DNA of 64,000 nucleotides from Psilocybe cubensis (taxonomy: Eukaryota), in contig CM039002.1 of assembly GCA_017499595.2 (NCBI GenBank), forward strand, positions 1,054,001 to 1,118,000. The letters run 5' to 3'. The notes under the pieces were generated by a model. That model saw only the letters and a program-made list of their open reading frames with translations. It was not told where the DNA came from and made no database searches. Of the stretch, positions 14,501-28,471 are shown in pieces. Positions within the stretch are counted from its first letter, which is position 1. Every line of letters starts with the position of its first letter. A program made the position numbers and the translations under genes.

Positions 14501-17500
14501 AAATTTCAACAGCCTTGAAGTCCTCAATGTGTTCGCCATACGACCGAGCAGCACCGTACACAGTGACAGTTGTAGGCGCGGATCCAGAGTAAGCAACGGT
14601 CACCTTCTGACCAACGCGAGGGGCGAGAATGCGGGGAAGGGGGTTGTCGACATAAGACGTGCCCTGGACAATAGTCGTAGAGGTAAGGAGGGCACGAAGC
14701 CAGTTAAGCTCAGCGCCGCTCAAAACATCAAGCCAAGCAGCCGTCTCAGGCAACTTCTTGCCAAACTCAAAGGTAGTCGTCGATCCGACCTGGGTGCGAG
14801 TGACGCCTTCAAGAGTGGTGGGCACCGATTTGGGTGCAGCAGCAAGATAGTCGACGAGGGGGACAGCGTTAACATCACCCGCATACTTGCGCTCAAGCAA
14901 GCGTTGGATCAACGACTTGTTAATATTGCCAAGCAAATCCTTCACAGGCTCATCTTTGACGACGGACCATTTGACGGCCACCGGGCCTTGCAGGATGCAA
15001 ACACGTTGAGGATCCTGATCAAACACGGCATCAATGTCCTCAGCAGCCCATAAAGAGTCCTATGATTGCCATATTAGTAAATTCGTGAAATTCAAATACC
15101 GAAAAAAACCATGAGGATCAAAAATCACATGAAAGAGGACATACCTTCTTGAACCATACTTCAAAGCTCGCATCGAGCACAGGGATGAATGGAACAGGTT
15201 TCTGCCCCGGCCTCTGCGAAATCGCCAGGAAATATGCAGTATCCTCCGCAGCGAGCAACTGATCAACCGCGGCGGGGTAGCTCTGGAAGAACTTCTCGAC
15301 GAAAGGAAGGGGGTCATCCAGCATAGAGAAATTTTGCAGGATCGACGCTTTGGTACCCGATCCGTTAACACCCGCGAAGCGCTCCTCGACGCGCCTCAAC
15401 CAGTCACCGACAAGGTTTCTCAAAGAGATATCTACCCATCGCTTCTGGTGGGCGACAAACATCAAACGAACCATTCTCAAGACGGTCTCCTCGTATGTCA
15501 TATCACCGAGATCCATTGCCACGGTTCCGTCCTTCTTCCATCCAAACCAGGGCTTCGAGAAATCCCTGTTCAACTTGCCGACGATCTCTTCCTTGCGCTC
15601 AGAGAGCCAAACTGTCCTCTTCTCCTTGGGCATCTTGAAAACTGTGTCGTCGAACTCTTTCCAAAGCTTGACGCCGCGGGTGGCAACCTTGTGAATGGGC
15701 TCCCCGAGTTCAGAGCGAACGGTAAGGATGCCACCGGTAGGCTTGGAATAGGTCCCTTCCCATGCGCTGTCCTCGACACCAGCAGCAGCAACAATCAAGT
15801 CCTTGACAGAAGAGCTGGTGTGGGCCTCCTTGGCCACCATGACGCGACTGGCGAACAGGAAACCATCGAAAGGCATAGGCTGGACGCCAAACCTCGCAAC
15901 AGACCAGTCACCCGTCAAATACTCCCAGACGTCATCCGCCGACCCGAACCCAGAACCACCGACGAGGGCAATGTTAGAGTGTTGACGAATGGCGCGGTAT
16001 GTGGAGAGTATAGGCTGGTGGAAGTCCTCGAACGAGTGGTGTCCTCCAGCACGTCCTCCCGTCCACTGCATGATGACAGGGAAATCCGCATTGGCGGCAG
16101 CGATGTTGATAACTTGGCGGATGCCGTCGACCGATCCCGGCTTGAACGCGACGTGTTTGATACCAGCAGCTTTCAAACCCTCGATGATCTCAATGGCCTT
16201 CTCGGTGGTAGGAATACCAGCGGCAACACAGAAACCTTCGATGGGCAGACCCTCCTTGCGCATCTCTTGCCAGAGAGGGAATTGGAAGGTAAATTGGCGG
16301 GGATTGATATAGAGGGAGTTAAGGGTGAGACCAACACCGGCAGGAATTTGCTTCTGAATTTCGGCCACCTTGGAGCGCAAGGCAGCTGGGTTGTAGTGGC
16401 CTCCACCAGCCAATTCGATGTGGTAACCAGCATCCAAAACGGCACTGACAAAGCCCGCCTTGACGGTCGAGGGCGTCATACCAGCAACCATGATGGGAGG
16501 TTTGCCCAGGAGGCGAGAGAAGGGAGTGTCGATGTGCAGCTCGCCATCGCTTCAAACCACTTCAACGACTTGTTCGTGACTTGGCAAAAAGAAATACACG
16601 TACCTAGTGCGGACGAGACTGGGCGACCATTTCTTGCTCCACCATTCCTCGTATGTGATGCCTGAAGAACCAAAGATCTCGACATCACCTTTTGCCTTCT
16701 CGCCGGCGACAATGACACGGACACCGCGCCCCTCAAAGTTCTTAGCGGTCAGTGGGCCAATACCACTTAGCCCACCGGGACCGAAATCAATAGCGTGGGT
16801 CGCGCTTTCAGGGAAAGCAGTCGCCTTGGTCCAGTGGATAGGAGACGTGAAGATCTGTTCGCACAGCGAACGCGTGATCGAGGTCTTGAGCTCGCGCATA
16901 TCGGAGCCTACACACAATTAGTCAGTAACTGAATTGAAACAAATCGACAAAGTGAAACTCACCATCTTCTGTGTTGTAGACAGGAATCTTGATGTCCTTC
17001 GCTTGCCAAAGCTCCTCACCCTCCAAATCTTCTTCAATGAGCTTCTGAGTCGCCTCGGCCATATAGTCGCTGTGGTACGGAACGCCAACAACCAAAAACC
17101 TGATGGAGAAGACTGGTTTGCGCTGGGAGAAGGGTACCTTGCTCTGGTCAAGGCCACTGGGGGCTTTGACTTTTCTGAGGCTGGTGACGAGACCGAAGAG
17201 TGCTTTTGATGGACCGGTGACGACAAACGCCTTGGGTCCGTTGTGGAGCGAAACGAAAAGCTGCGAGTTGGAAGCGAGATGCTTGTTGGTCTTTGCAATG
17301 TGAGGCTCGAGCTCCTTCAAGCTCAAACCAGTAACTGACAACATGGGGCTAGGGGTTCCTTCGCCTCCTTCGATGGAGTCTTGCACGATGCCAGACTCCA
17401 GCGAAGTAACAGGGAAAGCTTGTTGACCACGAAGGCCAGAGTAGAAAAGCCACTTGAGGGCTTTGCGCGAGTTTTCGGCAAATTCTTCAAAGCTCGCTGA

Positions 17501-18460
17501 GGCGGCAATTGCGACAGCGGAAACAATTCCTTGGGAGTGCCCAGTCGCGCCGGTGACGCGGCTTCTCAACTCGCCAGGGGTAAGGTTGGCGACGCGGCAT
17601 ACAATGAGGTACTGGACCAGTTGGGTCAGACCAATAAGAGGGAAAGAGACGGGCACAGAGGCCAGATATGCGGTGGAAGGGCGGGGCGTTGCTCCAGAAA
17701 GCCACGACGACACGTCAAGACCATAGGTATAGAACGTCGATTCTTCCTCCTCCTCAGCAAGAGGGATGAGGATATCCTGGATGACGGTTTGGATGAAGGA
17801 TGCAACAAAAGGTGTGTAAATATCGTATAAATTTTGGAGTTCATCAAAGTAAACTTCGTTGGTGCCCTGTCCACCGAAAAGGGCAAAAATGGAGGCGTTG
17901 CCGGTGGCGGGGGCGGAGAGCAGGGCGGACTCTGGTTGGGATGGGATGGCAGATACGCGTTGCTCGCGGAGAGCAGCGACTGCGCTGAAATAGGCAGCAA
18001 GGACGGTCTTGCGCGTGATGGTATCGTAAGATGATACAAGGGTATGGACATCCTTTGTCGCGAGGTATGATGACGTGAAGTGTTTAAGCACGTTGAGGAG
18101 CAGCGAGGTGCGTGCTGAGCTGGACTGGGAGTCTTGTTTAATACTCGCCGCGACGTGGGCGAGGAAGCGTGCAGATAGCTCTACGGTGGCCTCTGCCTCG
18201 TTTTCTAATTGGGCCGTGCTGTCGACCGCGTCTAGTTGCGATTGGATATGTGTGAATTCATCACGCAGAACCTCTGCGGCGATCCACTGGTCTGCTTGTG
18301 TAGAAACTGGGATAGAAACCTGAAGGCGGAGACGCCATTAGCTATGACAGCGTTGCAATGAAGCACATGTTGTACGCACTCTAATTTGTCCAAAGGCGAG
18401 AATTAAAGGACGGGTTGCAATAGCGGGCGCGTGGACCGCATGTCCATTGGGAACAGCCAT
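5508..18460 (-). CDS. FAS: Single-polypeptide fungal type I fatty acid synthase (AT-ER-DH-MPT-ACP-KR-KS-PPT), about 20 introns, about 3,900 aa
   Basis: [79 protein letters not shown] and [24 protein letters not shown]; no stop between beta- and alpha-like halves after splicing. Confidence 0.97.
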
Positions 18461-18605
18461 CTTTAGGTCGGGCTCGCTGAGAGAGACGACGACGACGGCG
18501 AGTAGATAGGTGGGGGAAGTCTAACAGGTAGACGCGGTAGAAAATGAGTTGACTGGGGGGTATACATATACTCTTGACCCCAACCCCCAAATTTTTTGGA
18601 GGAGA

Positions 18606-18614
18606 CCACGTGAC
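18606..18614. promoter_or_regulatory. E-box (CCACGTGAC) in the FAS/CYP51 divergent promoter
   Basis: CACGTG at 18607-18612, about 150 bp upstream of the FAS ATG; function inferred only. Confidence 0.35.
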
Positions 18615-19341
18615 CGAACGCGTAACATCGCTCTCGGGCGGAAATATCTATTTTGGGAGATGTCCATCAATTGATTTCGTTGACCAACGCCCTTACCCCA
18701 GACATCTGGCGACATGCTTGGCCTAGAGCTCTCGCTCTCCTCATTCATAAGCAACGCACCCCAATGCTCTCAGGGAGCAAAGTACCCTGCCTTTGCGCTT
18801 GATCTGCCAATCCCCAACGCAGGATAGGCGTGCGCAGTTTTACGGGGTCCGGCAGCAGAGTCAAAGAGCTTAAAAAGTTGGTCAAAGAAAAATAGTCAGC
18901 CAATAAGCAGGAGTGTATCCGTCGGGATCGGGATAAGTGGACGACAACCTCCGAGCAATTTTATTCGACGGCTGGGTAAAGATGGACATTTTTGGGAGGA
19001 TGAGCCAATGAACGTGGAGAAACACGTTGGGAGTAACATTGTCGGCAGGCAGACTAGAAGTCACATTTGTTAGGGGCATATAATCCGACAATGTATCTGC
19101 AGGCACAGGTTCAGAGTCAAAATGCAGGGGCTAATAATATTGAAGCAATCTCATTGCACGACCAATAGCAATGGCAGTATAACACGAGACCCCTCTCGAG
19201 CTCCCTAGGCCAGCGATGTCTTTCCAAGATAATCTAATCTATTACCGCATTGGGAATGACTTATCCGAATGGTTCGATTTCTGAATTTTGAACAAATATA
19301 AATCTCGGGCGAAAAAACACTTAGGCCCCTTAACCATTCTC

Positions 19342-21357
19342 ATGTCTTTCGTCTCCCAGTTCAACGGGACTCTTCCCTCCTCAGATGAGTGGTCCGGCTA
19401 TCTCGCCCAGGCTCAGACTGCCATCCAGGAGCACTCCCGCCTCATCACCCTCCTCCTCATCAACTCCCCACTCATTCTCATCGTCCTTAATGTCCTCCGC
19501 CAACTCGTGCGTATTCATTATAACCTAACTTGACACGTATACCAACCACTTATTTCTCTAGATCATCCCCAAGCGCGCCTCAGACCCTCCTACAGTCTTC
19601 CACTGGCTGCCCTTCATTGGCTCAGCCATCTCATATGGAAACGATCCTCTCAACTTTTTCTTCGAGTGCCAAAAGAAGGTCTGTTGCTCTTTTCTCGCGT
19701 ATTTAACCTCCTCTGAAATTTTCACATAGTACGGCGACGTGTTCACATTCATCCTGCTCGGTCGTCGCGTCACGGTAGCCCTGGGACCTAAAGGAAACAA
19801 CTTCATTCTTGGCGGAAAATCAACGGTATTCAACGCCGAGGACGCATATACGGTACGCGAACTCCGGTATTCAATTTTTCATAGCACTCATCCAGCTTTT
19901 CCAGCACTTGACCACTCCCATTTTCGGCAAAGAGGTCGTTTATGACGTCCCCAATGAGATTTTCATGGAACAGAAGCGTTTCGTCAAGGTCGGACTCTCA
20001 ACCGACAACTTGCGCGCCTACGTCGGCATGATCGAGGACGAAATTGACGAGTACCTCCGCCACGACCCCCACTTCAAGGTCTACCAGAGCAACGACATTA
20101 ACGAATGGGGCAGCTTCGATGCAGTCAAGGTCATGCAGGAAATTACCATCCTCACCGCGTCGCGCACTCTACAAGGCAAAGAAGTCCGTGAGAACTTGAA
20201 CAAGACTTTCGCCGACCTGTACAACGACCTTGACGGAGGCTTCACCCCCATCAACTTCCTCTTCCCCAACCTGCCCTTGCCCAGCTACCGCCGCCGTGAC
20301 ATTGCGCACAAGAAGATCTCCCAGTTCTACGTCGACATCATCCAGGCGCGCCGAAGCGGAAAGACTCAGGACCACGAACACGATATGATTGCCGCCCTCA
20401 TGCAGCAAAAGTACCGCAACGGCCGATACCTCAACGACAAGGAAATCGCGCACATGATGATCGCACTCCTCATGGCAGGCCAACACACCAGCTCCGCCAC
20501 TGGCTCCTGGGCTCTTCTCCATATCGCTGCCAACCCCGACGTTGCGTAAGTCTCTCATAATCTATTTTTGTCGTCACTCTCACAAGCTTTTTTTGTTGCT
20601 TCTAGTGAGGCTCTCTATGAGGAACAAATCAAGAACTTCAGCACTCCTGACGGCAAACTGCGCTCTGCGACATACGAAGAATTGCGCGCGCTCCCCGTGC
20701 TCGACTCCGTCATCCGCGAAACTCTGCGCGTGCACCCTCCAATCCACAGTATCATGCGCTACGTTCGCGACGATGTCCCCGTGCCACCCACCCTGTCAGC
20801 ACCATCGAAGGACGGCGTGTACATCGTACCTAAAGGAAACTACGTGCTCGCTTCGCCCGCCATCAGCCAATCGGACCCCACCGTGTGGAAGAATGCGGAC
20901 AAGTGGATTCCGTCGCGCTGGAACGATGCGGAGGGCGTTGCTGCCCAGGCGTTCAAGATGTACACGGATGAGGGCGGAGAGAAGATTGATTATGGGTTTG
21001 GCGCGGTTAGTAAAGGCACTGAGAGTCCTTATCAGCCGTTCGGCGCTGGCAAGCACAGATGTATCGGTGAACAGGTGATTATTATTTTTTTTCTTTCAAT
21101 TTTTTTGTGTTTGGAATTCCAGGTTGCTTATTATGTTCTGCTAGTTTGCTTACCTACAACTTGGAACTCTTATTGTAACGATGATCCGTAACCTCGAGCT
21201 CAAGATTGACGAAGTCCCAGAACACAACTACCACGTACGTCTTCCTTCTCTGCCCTCCTCCCTCCGCTCAATTCGATTTTTTTATTATTTACAGACGATG
21301 ATCACGATGCCCAAGACGCCACGGACAATCTCCTACCGCAGGAGAAAGTTCGACTAA
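19342..21357 (+). CDS. ERG11: Sterol 14-alpha-demethylase, cytochrome P450 CYP51
   Basis: Six introns; [44 protein letters not shown], heme motif [11 protein letters not shown]. Confidence 0.97.
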
Positions 21358-21711
21358 TTGATATACACACCTGTTCTTTATTACACGCATACCCACCTTT
21401 TAAAAAGACGTCGAGAGACGTTGGACTTGCACCCATCTATAGCATAACTTTATTTTTTTGCATTCTTATTTACGCATGGGATACTTGATATATAATAGAT
21501 AGTAAACGCACCGCTGTGTTGAGGAATGACGAATGTACTTAATTTCGAACCTCTCTCTGTGTCCGGCTCTCTTTCATAAGAAGGTTGTGTAAAGTGTGAA
21601 ATCTCCATATCAAAGCAACGTGAGCTAGTAGTAAGGACGAGGGGGTAGGACTAAACAAAAAGACCGAAGAGAATCTACGCGCTGAATGTATATGTAACGA
21701 GGATCGCACAA

Positions 21712-23761
21712 CTACTCATCCTCATCCGCGTCGCTCTCCTCATCATCGCTCTGCACACCAATAACCCCGCCCTTGCCCTCCTCCTTCTCCTTGAGCTCTT
21801 TTCCCGCCGCGCGCAATTTCGCGCCGAACGCCTTGCGCGCGCCGAATGTCGATCCGACGTCCCAGATCTGCAGCTTGGCTTTTGAGCCGGCTGCTGCGAG
21901 CGTCAGCGGGTCGTCTGGGGAGAACACGGTCGAGAAGACTTTGCCCTATTATCATTAACGAAAAAAGGTGCGTCAGGGAAATCAATCAGAGGGTGAAGAT
22001 AAAGATGGGGATGATGAAGAAGACAAAGACGTACCACACCCAGATCGCGCGATGTGACGAGGCTGACGTTGCGCTTGTCGCCCTCCTCGTCTACGTTCCA
22101 TACTTTGACGAGCTTGTCGGCGCCGCCTGTCACGATGCAGCCGCGCATGTGCGGGTTCACGTCGATGGAGGACGCAGGGCCGTCGTGCGCTGACACGGTG
22201 AAGCGGGCGGGTGACGGCTGCTCGAGGTTGGACGGTAGCGTTCGCGCGTCAAAGTTGAGTACGAGGCCGTTTTCTAGGGAAACCTAAAAAAACAAAAAAT
22301 ACGCGTAAGAAAGTAGAAAGATTGACAGGTAAGATGTAAGATGTGTTCCTCACATAGAAACTATAGCTCTCCCATGGATCCCAGCACAGCGCCTCGACAT
22401 CGCTGCCCACAATCGCACCGACGCCCGTCGTCGGCGCACGCGAGTCGAACGTCCTCACCGTCCGATCGAAGCTTCCCGTAAGCAACACCGTCGGCTCCAG
22501 ATTATTCCACTTGACCGCCTGCACCTCGCCCTTATGCACATCGAAGCTCCTGATCGCACCCGCGGCCTCGCCGCCCTCGCCGTTCACCGTCGGGTCGCGG
22601 CTCAGATCCCACAGCTTCACCGTCCTGTCCGCGCTCGCGCTCGCAAGCAGGTTGCGCTGGTGCCTGTTCCAGCTGAGCCCGAGCACGGCGCCGACGTGGT
22701 ACGCGGACTGCGCCTCGCGGTGCTTGGGCTTTTTCTTTTTCTTCTTGCCTGTGCCGCTGGGCACGGGGACGTGCGCTTTGGTCTCGTCGGGGCGGCCGAG
22801 GATGGAGGAGGGGTACATCGCCTCGAGCACGTCGAGCGACCAGATCTCGATCTCGGGGTCGAGCGTGCCGACTGCGATGTAGTTCCCGAAGCCGTTGGCG
22901 TGCGGTCCGTGCTGCGCATGCGAGGAGGAGGAGGCGGGTGGGAAGTCGAGCCATTCGAGGCAGAGGGGGAAGTTGGGCAGCATGAGGTCGTGGTGCGCGT
23001 AGAGGTTTTCTTGCGATTCGTCGTAGACGTAGATCTCGAGTTGGGAGATCTCATCCTCGGTTTTGGCGACTACGATCAGGTTGTCGGTGGGTAGAACTTC
23101 GAGTTCTTCGCGTTCGTCGTCGTCTTCCTTGAAGAAAAAAGAGTTCTTGAGTTTGAAGATAAAAAATGGAATATGTATGGCGTACGTCTTTTAGGGTGAT
23201 ATAGGGATCTTCTTCATTATCCTTGTAGTATGTTAGTCCCTTGATATTACTGAAAGGCCCAACGGCTAATAAAAAGTGAAAAAATAAAGAAGTTATAAAC
23301 AGATCCTGATTTTTAGTAAAAAATCTCATCCAATAACTTACCCGTAGTGGGTTCATCGTTATCGTAATCATCCAGGTTATATTCAGCCAGATCGTCTTCT
23401 GCCTTTGGTTTTGGAGCAGCACCAGAATCGACATCCATAGCATCATCATCCTCACTAAACCACAAAAAGAAGAAAAAATTCAATAGATTGTCCAGAAATG
23501 AAAACAGATATGTACACACTCGACCCAGTCGTCTTCATCGTCCTCTTCTGCATTATCATCGCCCTCCTCGTCCTCTTCTCTCTTGTCCATTTCTTGAGCA
23601 GCCAAGTGCGCGCGTTCTAGCTCGATGCGCGCATCCTCGAGCTCGATCCGGGCGAGGGCACTGACGCGCTCAAGTTCCTTGTCATCAAGGACGTATTTTT
23701 CTGGGTGCTGGACGGCCACACCGCGCTTCACCCAAGCGACGGCGGATATGAGGTTGCTCAT
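21712..23761 (-). CDS. PWP1: Pwp1 WD40-repeat ribosome-biogenesis protein
   Basis: MSNLISAVAWVKRG, acidic N-terminus, NLYAHHDLMLPNFPLCLEWLD, WD repeats (LASASADRTVKLWD, GGADKLVKVWN). Confidence 0.9.
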
Positions 23762-24123
23762 CGTTTGTGAAGGCGTTCGATCAGTTACAAAAAAAAGGGA
23801 AGCGCGATATGATTGGATCGTAATATGGACAAACAGTCAATTCACGTGCGTCGTTTCAGTGGACTTGGTTTTGTTTCGACTTCCACCCTCACCACGACCG
23901 ATTTTCATAACTTGGTCCTCAAAAGTAAATCATGCTATGCTACAAAATAAGTTGAACGCCGTAGATCTTTAGATATACGCATCATCATCATCTTGTGAGC
24001 ACAAGTATACGCCTTCAAGCTTCAATGCCTAGTTGATTGACTTATCTTCTCATGATGTCTTAGAAAATTTCTATCGTAACGCACAAACTAACGACCCATA
24101 CATTCACATTAGCTTCTTTAAAA

Positions 24124-25658
24124 TTACTTCCCTGGAGAATTCAATCTTAATAACTTATTGACTACGGACCTCCATCTTTTTAGGCGCCGCTCCTTTGGCT
24201 CCTTCACTTTCTCCTCAGACACTACTGCTGTTGCTGGCTTCATCGGAACAAAACGAGCGGGGAATCGCATGCCCACTGGGTTTGCTACGTCCGACAAAGA
24301 CTGTGCGGTTGCCGATTCCGGGCCCTTGTATTTGACAAACATGAACCACCCAGGAGCAGGTCTCAACGTGTCTCGGTTTGGGCCCTCAAGACGCCCTGCC
24401 ATATGCCCCGATACCATCATACAGTCAAAATGCTTGCCGTTATCGTTCAAGTCTACGTCGACTTCGCAGAATCCAACTGGGATTTTATCGTCGTCTATAA
24501 CCGCATATCGCACACCATCCAGGACAAGTCCATAGCCCTGATTGTATGCGCCGTTGTCTTGAACAGGTGAATGGCTCAGAACTTCGTCGATATTTGGCCC
24601 CTGCCATTTTCCGGTGTTGCTCCAGACACAGAAAGCCGTTATCCACCCTGAAAGAGAGTCGCTTCCCGATCCTCCGTAATCAATGTGACAGATTTTGCCC
24701 CAGAACTCGATATCTGGTTTACCATCAAAAGAGGACACAAATCTGCGCAGGATGGGTTTCAAAAGTACCGCCCATGCTTCTGGTTCACGTCCAAAAGATG
24801 CCAGTTTGTCCAAACGATTCAAAAGTTTCTCCCAGTCTTCCTTCTGACCTTCAAGCGTGACCAAAGGTATGCCGCAACATAGGCACATCTCGTATGAAAA
24901 GTACCTTCGAACGGCGTCAATTTCTGACAGAAGCGCCCATAAAATGTTGCAAGCTCACGCTTTGAGAGTAGCCATCATAAGGACTGAGCATACCACCACG
25001 TCGTTAAATGATGTCGTAGAGAAATCTGGAAGTATCCAGTTTTTCAATTCTTTGTCGACAACCTGCAGTTATAAACCATGAATATCTCTTTCACACCTAG
25101 AATATGCCTCCTTACGAACATTGTTGTGGATCTGTTGCGTCATTTGATTCGCTAGGTCACCAAAATTGACACTATATCGATCACCTGCTGTTGTTACGGT
25201 GAGTTTCTTCTTTCCTTTGTGCGCGACAAATTTTGAGCGTAGTTGTTCCGCATTGGCGTTGACACTATTCAAGGTATCAGCGATGTAACCTGTACTTCAA
25301 ATAGAATGCCCACTAGAAGTTAAACTGTCCAAGTATTGCTATCCACACATCATCCGGCCTAGCGAATCACACCGTTAAATACTCCTGTAATCATATACAG
25401 TGCCAAGACACACCTAAGGACAAGGTGATGGTGTTGGTTGTAGGCATGTATGACGGTGTCCACAAAACCATTGCTCTGTGGCCCCAGGTCATGACAATCC
25501 GAAGGGAAAGAACTTTGAAGCAGCTCTTCAAAGCGATTTGCGCCGGATTTACCTCCCCAAGTTGAAGCCAGTACGTCGTGTGCATTCTGACAGCTGCCGT
25601 ATCCCCCAAACATGACAGGGTTCGCGTCATGTTCTGCAACCTTGAATGTTACTGGCAT
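24124..25658 (-). CDS. DUF4419-family protein, copy 1
   Basis: GFVDTVIHAYNQHHHLVLRPDDVWIAILGQF, YVNANAEQLRSKFV, CGIPLVTLEG..EDW, GSG..LSGWITAFC; four introns. Confidence 0.8.
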
Positions 25659-26263
25659 CGTCAAGGTACGTTGGTTGTTCTCTTCGACTCTCCCCAGCAC
25701 TCATTAAGTAGTATTTTAAAAAGGCGGTGTACGATTATATTTGCTTTTGTGAAAAGGGACCGATCAGCCTGATAACCGCGAGGTACGAAACTCTGGTCAC
25801 CAATTTCACTGTAAGAACGACTCACTGTTCGCTGAACAGCATTGCAAGATTAGCTCCGAGTCGACATGCGCAAGCGGCGATGTGTTTAGACGATATTTTA
25901 CTTCCTTGGATGAGTCACACCAAACCACTTAACATTGATTGATAGAAGTGTATAAGACTTGAAGTGGGGGTATTTCCATGTGTGAGTCAATGGTTTTCAA
26001 GAATATCTCAAATGTCGTACTGCCTGGCGCTGTGTAGCAAAACAAAGAATGTACATATAACTTCATAAAATGTAAGGCCGCTACTCGTTGATTCGTTCAA
26101 TAGACTGGTTATCCTATTTCATGCGAGGACCTGGATGTAACGCTTTCTCCCTTAATCTACAACTCCATCTAAGTAATGCATGAAGACGTTGAAATTATTA
26201 GTAATATACCTTGTCTTGAACCATTTGGTGAAGCATAGGAGCGTATCATCCACTCGGTTAATC

Positions 26264-27771
26264 CTATTTTGATACGGATGGTTTTCGAAAGAGGATTGAA
26301 AAAGTCTGAAATCGGTGCCTGAATTTGGCTTTCCACCTTTGCAGAAAACTTTCCGTTTTCACTGCCTTGGTCGTCGCCATCAACTTTGCATGATTTTCCG
26401 CGCCGTGTTTGATAAACATAAACCAGCCAGATGAGGGACTAACAGTGTCTCGTTGTCGCCCTTGGATTCGCGTCGCAACATGTCCCGATACCATCATACA
26501 ATCGAAGGGTACTCCGTTGTCAATCAACAGCACGTCAACCTCGCAAAATCCAACTGGAATGGTAGATAGCTCCAAATCCATGTTGGTTGTAAACCAGAAT
26601 CGATTTTCCTCTATATTGTCACGAATCGGTTCCGGTGGGGAATTTAACGTTTCTGAGACATCTGGGCCTTGCCATATTCCTTTGCTATCCCAGACGCAGA
26701 ACGCCGTGATCCACCCTGAGACGGACTGTGAATCGGATCCGCTGTCAAAATGACATATACGGCTCCAAAACTCGGGATCATGCTCGTCCTCAAAAGCCAG
26801 CACGAATTTGCGCAAGATAAACCTTAACAAGATAGCCCACGCTTTGGGCTCCTCTCCAAATGTGTCCAGCTTATCCACACGAGCCAAAAGATTCTCCCGG
26901 TCAAGTTTTGTACCTTCCAGAGGTCTCGAAGGTATGCCACATTCCAGGATGAACACATACGAGAAATATCTGCGAAGGATTTTGAGTAGAAGTCATATGA
27001 ATCCCAAGCTCAGAAGTTGATATAGACTTACGCTTTGAGAGTTGCCATCATCAGAACAGAACAGACTACTATGTCATTAAAAGTCGTGGTGGAGAAATTG
27101 GGTAGGATCCAGCTTTCCAACCTCTTATCAACAACCTATAAGTTTTATTTCTAGAATGTTTTATTTTAGTTAAAGGGCATGTCACGAACGTTTTCAAGAA
27201 TCTTGCTGGTCATTTGATGAGCCAAGTCGCCAAAATCAACAGTATACCGATCGCCTGTTGCTCTGACTTCGAGCCGTTTCTTTCCTTCGTGCTTAACAAA
27301 ACTTGAGCGCAACTTTTCTGCATTGGCGTTGACACTGTTGAGTTGTCATGAAATGGTATCAACAATTCCAGCACAAGCGCCATATCCGACGTACTAGAAA
27401 TTGAACTGTCCTAGAATTGCAATCCATACGTCGTCGGGTCTGCCCGGAAGAAAAGTGGAATCATAGATCGGCGAATATCATATACAACCGGAGTCACTGC
27501 ATCCCTTTACACACCTTGACACAAGAGTCTGATGACGATTGTTGGCATGCACCGCTGTGTTTACATACCCATTCCTTTGAGGCATTATGTCCTTAAATCC
27601 GGATCCGAAGGAGCTTTGTAGAAGTTCATTATACTTATTGTTCTCGGAAATGAGTCCCCATGATGCAGCCAGAAGATCGTCGGCGTTCTGACACTCTCTG
27701 GTGTGGTTGTATGCTGACCACCCGGTAAAAGTGTTGGCGCTATGGTCGGCAACTTTGAAGGATATAGGCAT
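26264..27771 (-). CDS. DUF4419-family protein, copy 2 (tandem paralog, diverged)
   Basis: Same intron positions as copy 1; RPDDVWIAILGQFNFYVNANAEKLRS, SGWITAFC, FDCMMVSGH; frame stays open after splicing. Confidence 0.75.
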
Positions 27772-28471
27772 TGGTGAAGAATGATTGATACGTGGGTCGA
27801 TTTCGAATCAGTTGTTCTCACTGCTACTTATACATGTAGAAGAGTGAGAACACCAGAATTTGATGCTTGATCTGTGATATTGCATCCTTTCCTAGTACCA
27901 TGTTACTAGGTAGGCACCGAGCGGACCCTCATGATCGCCATGAATAGTACAGACATAGAGCTTTCCATTGTTCATCATCCATCAGTCTAGGGAATTCGAA
28001 AAGGCAGTCTGAAGTGTAGAACACTTTTCAAGGTCCCAGCGAGTCAAATTTCAAAGAAAAACGCTTCCACCTAGGTTAAAGACAGATAAGACATAGTTGT
28101 GCACAGCAACAGACAGCAACTCCATGAGAATGAAACAGCATTCGCGCGTAGAACGAGAAAATCTTGGAAAAGGGTATGCGCGGCCGAGACAAATGAGAGA
28201 GGCTGAGAGAGTGTGGAGAGAAGGGGCCAAAAAGGGGCAATGTGGCTGTGCAGGTGTCTCGATAGGTGCCTGACATATGCCCCCGCACCTTTTTGACGAC
28301 TTCATCTGGAGCACACTCCACTATCCACTTCACGACCTTTTACGAACAACATCACGATATCCAATGCATTGGGCTCGCTTCTCTGACCTAATATCATCTT
28401 AACTTTATCATACCATCCGATTTTTCAACCAACTTTATCTGAAGCCTGCAACCCCAAGTTCAACCATTACC

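Noticed and set aside
8444..17830. Long plus-strand ORFs (up to 454 aa) antisense to FAS
   Set aside because: Shadow ORFs expected from the strong codon bias of the sense gene; no recognisable domains
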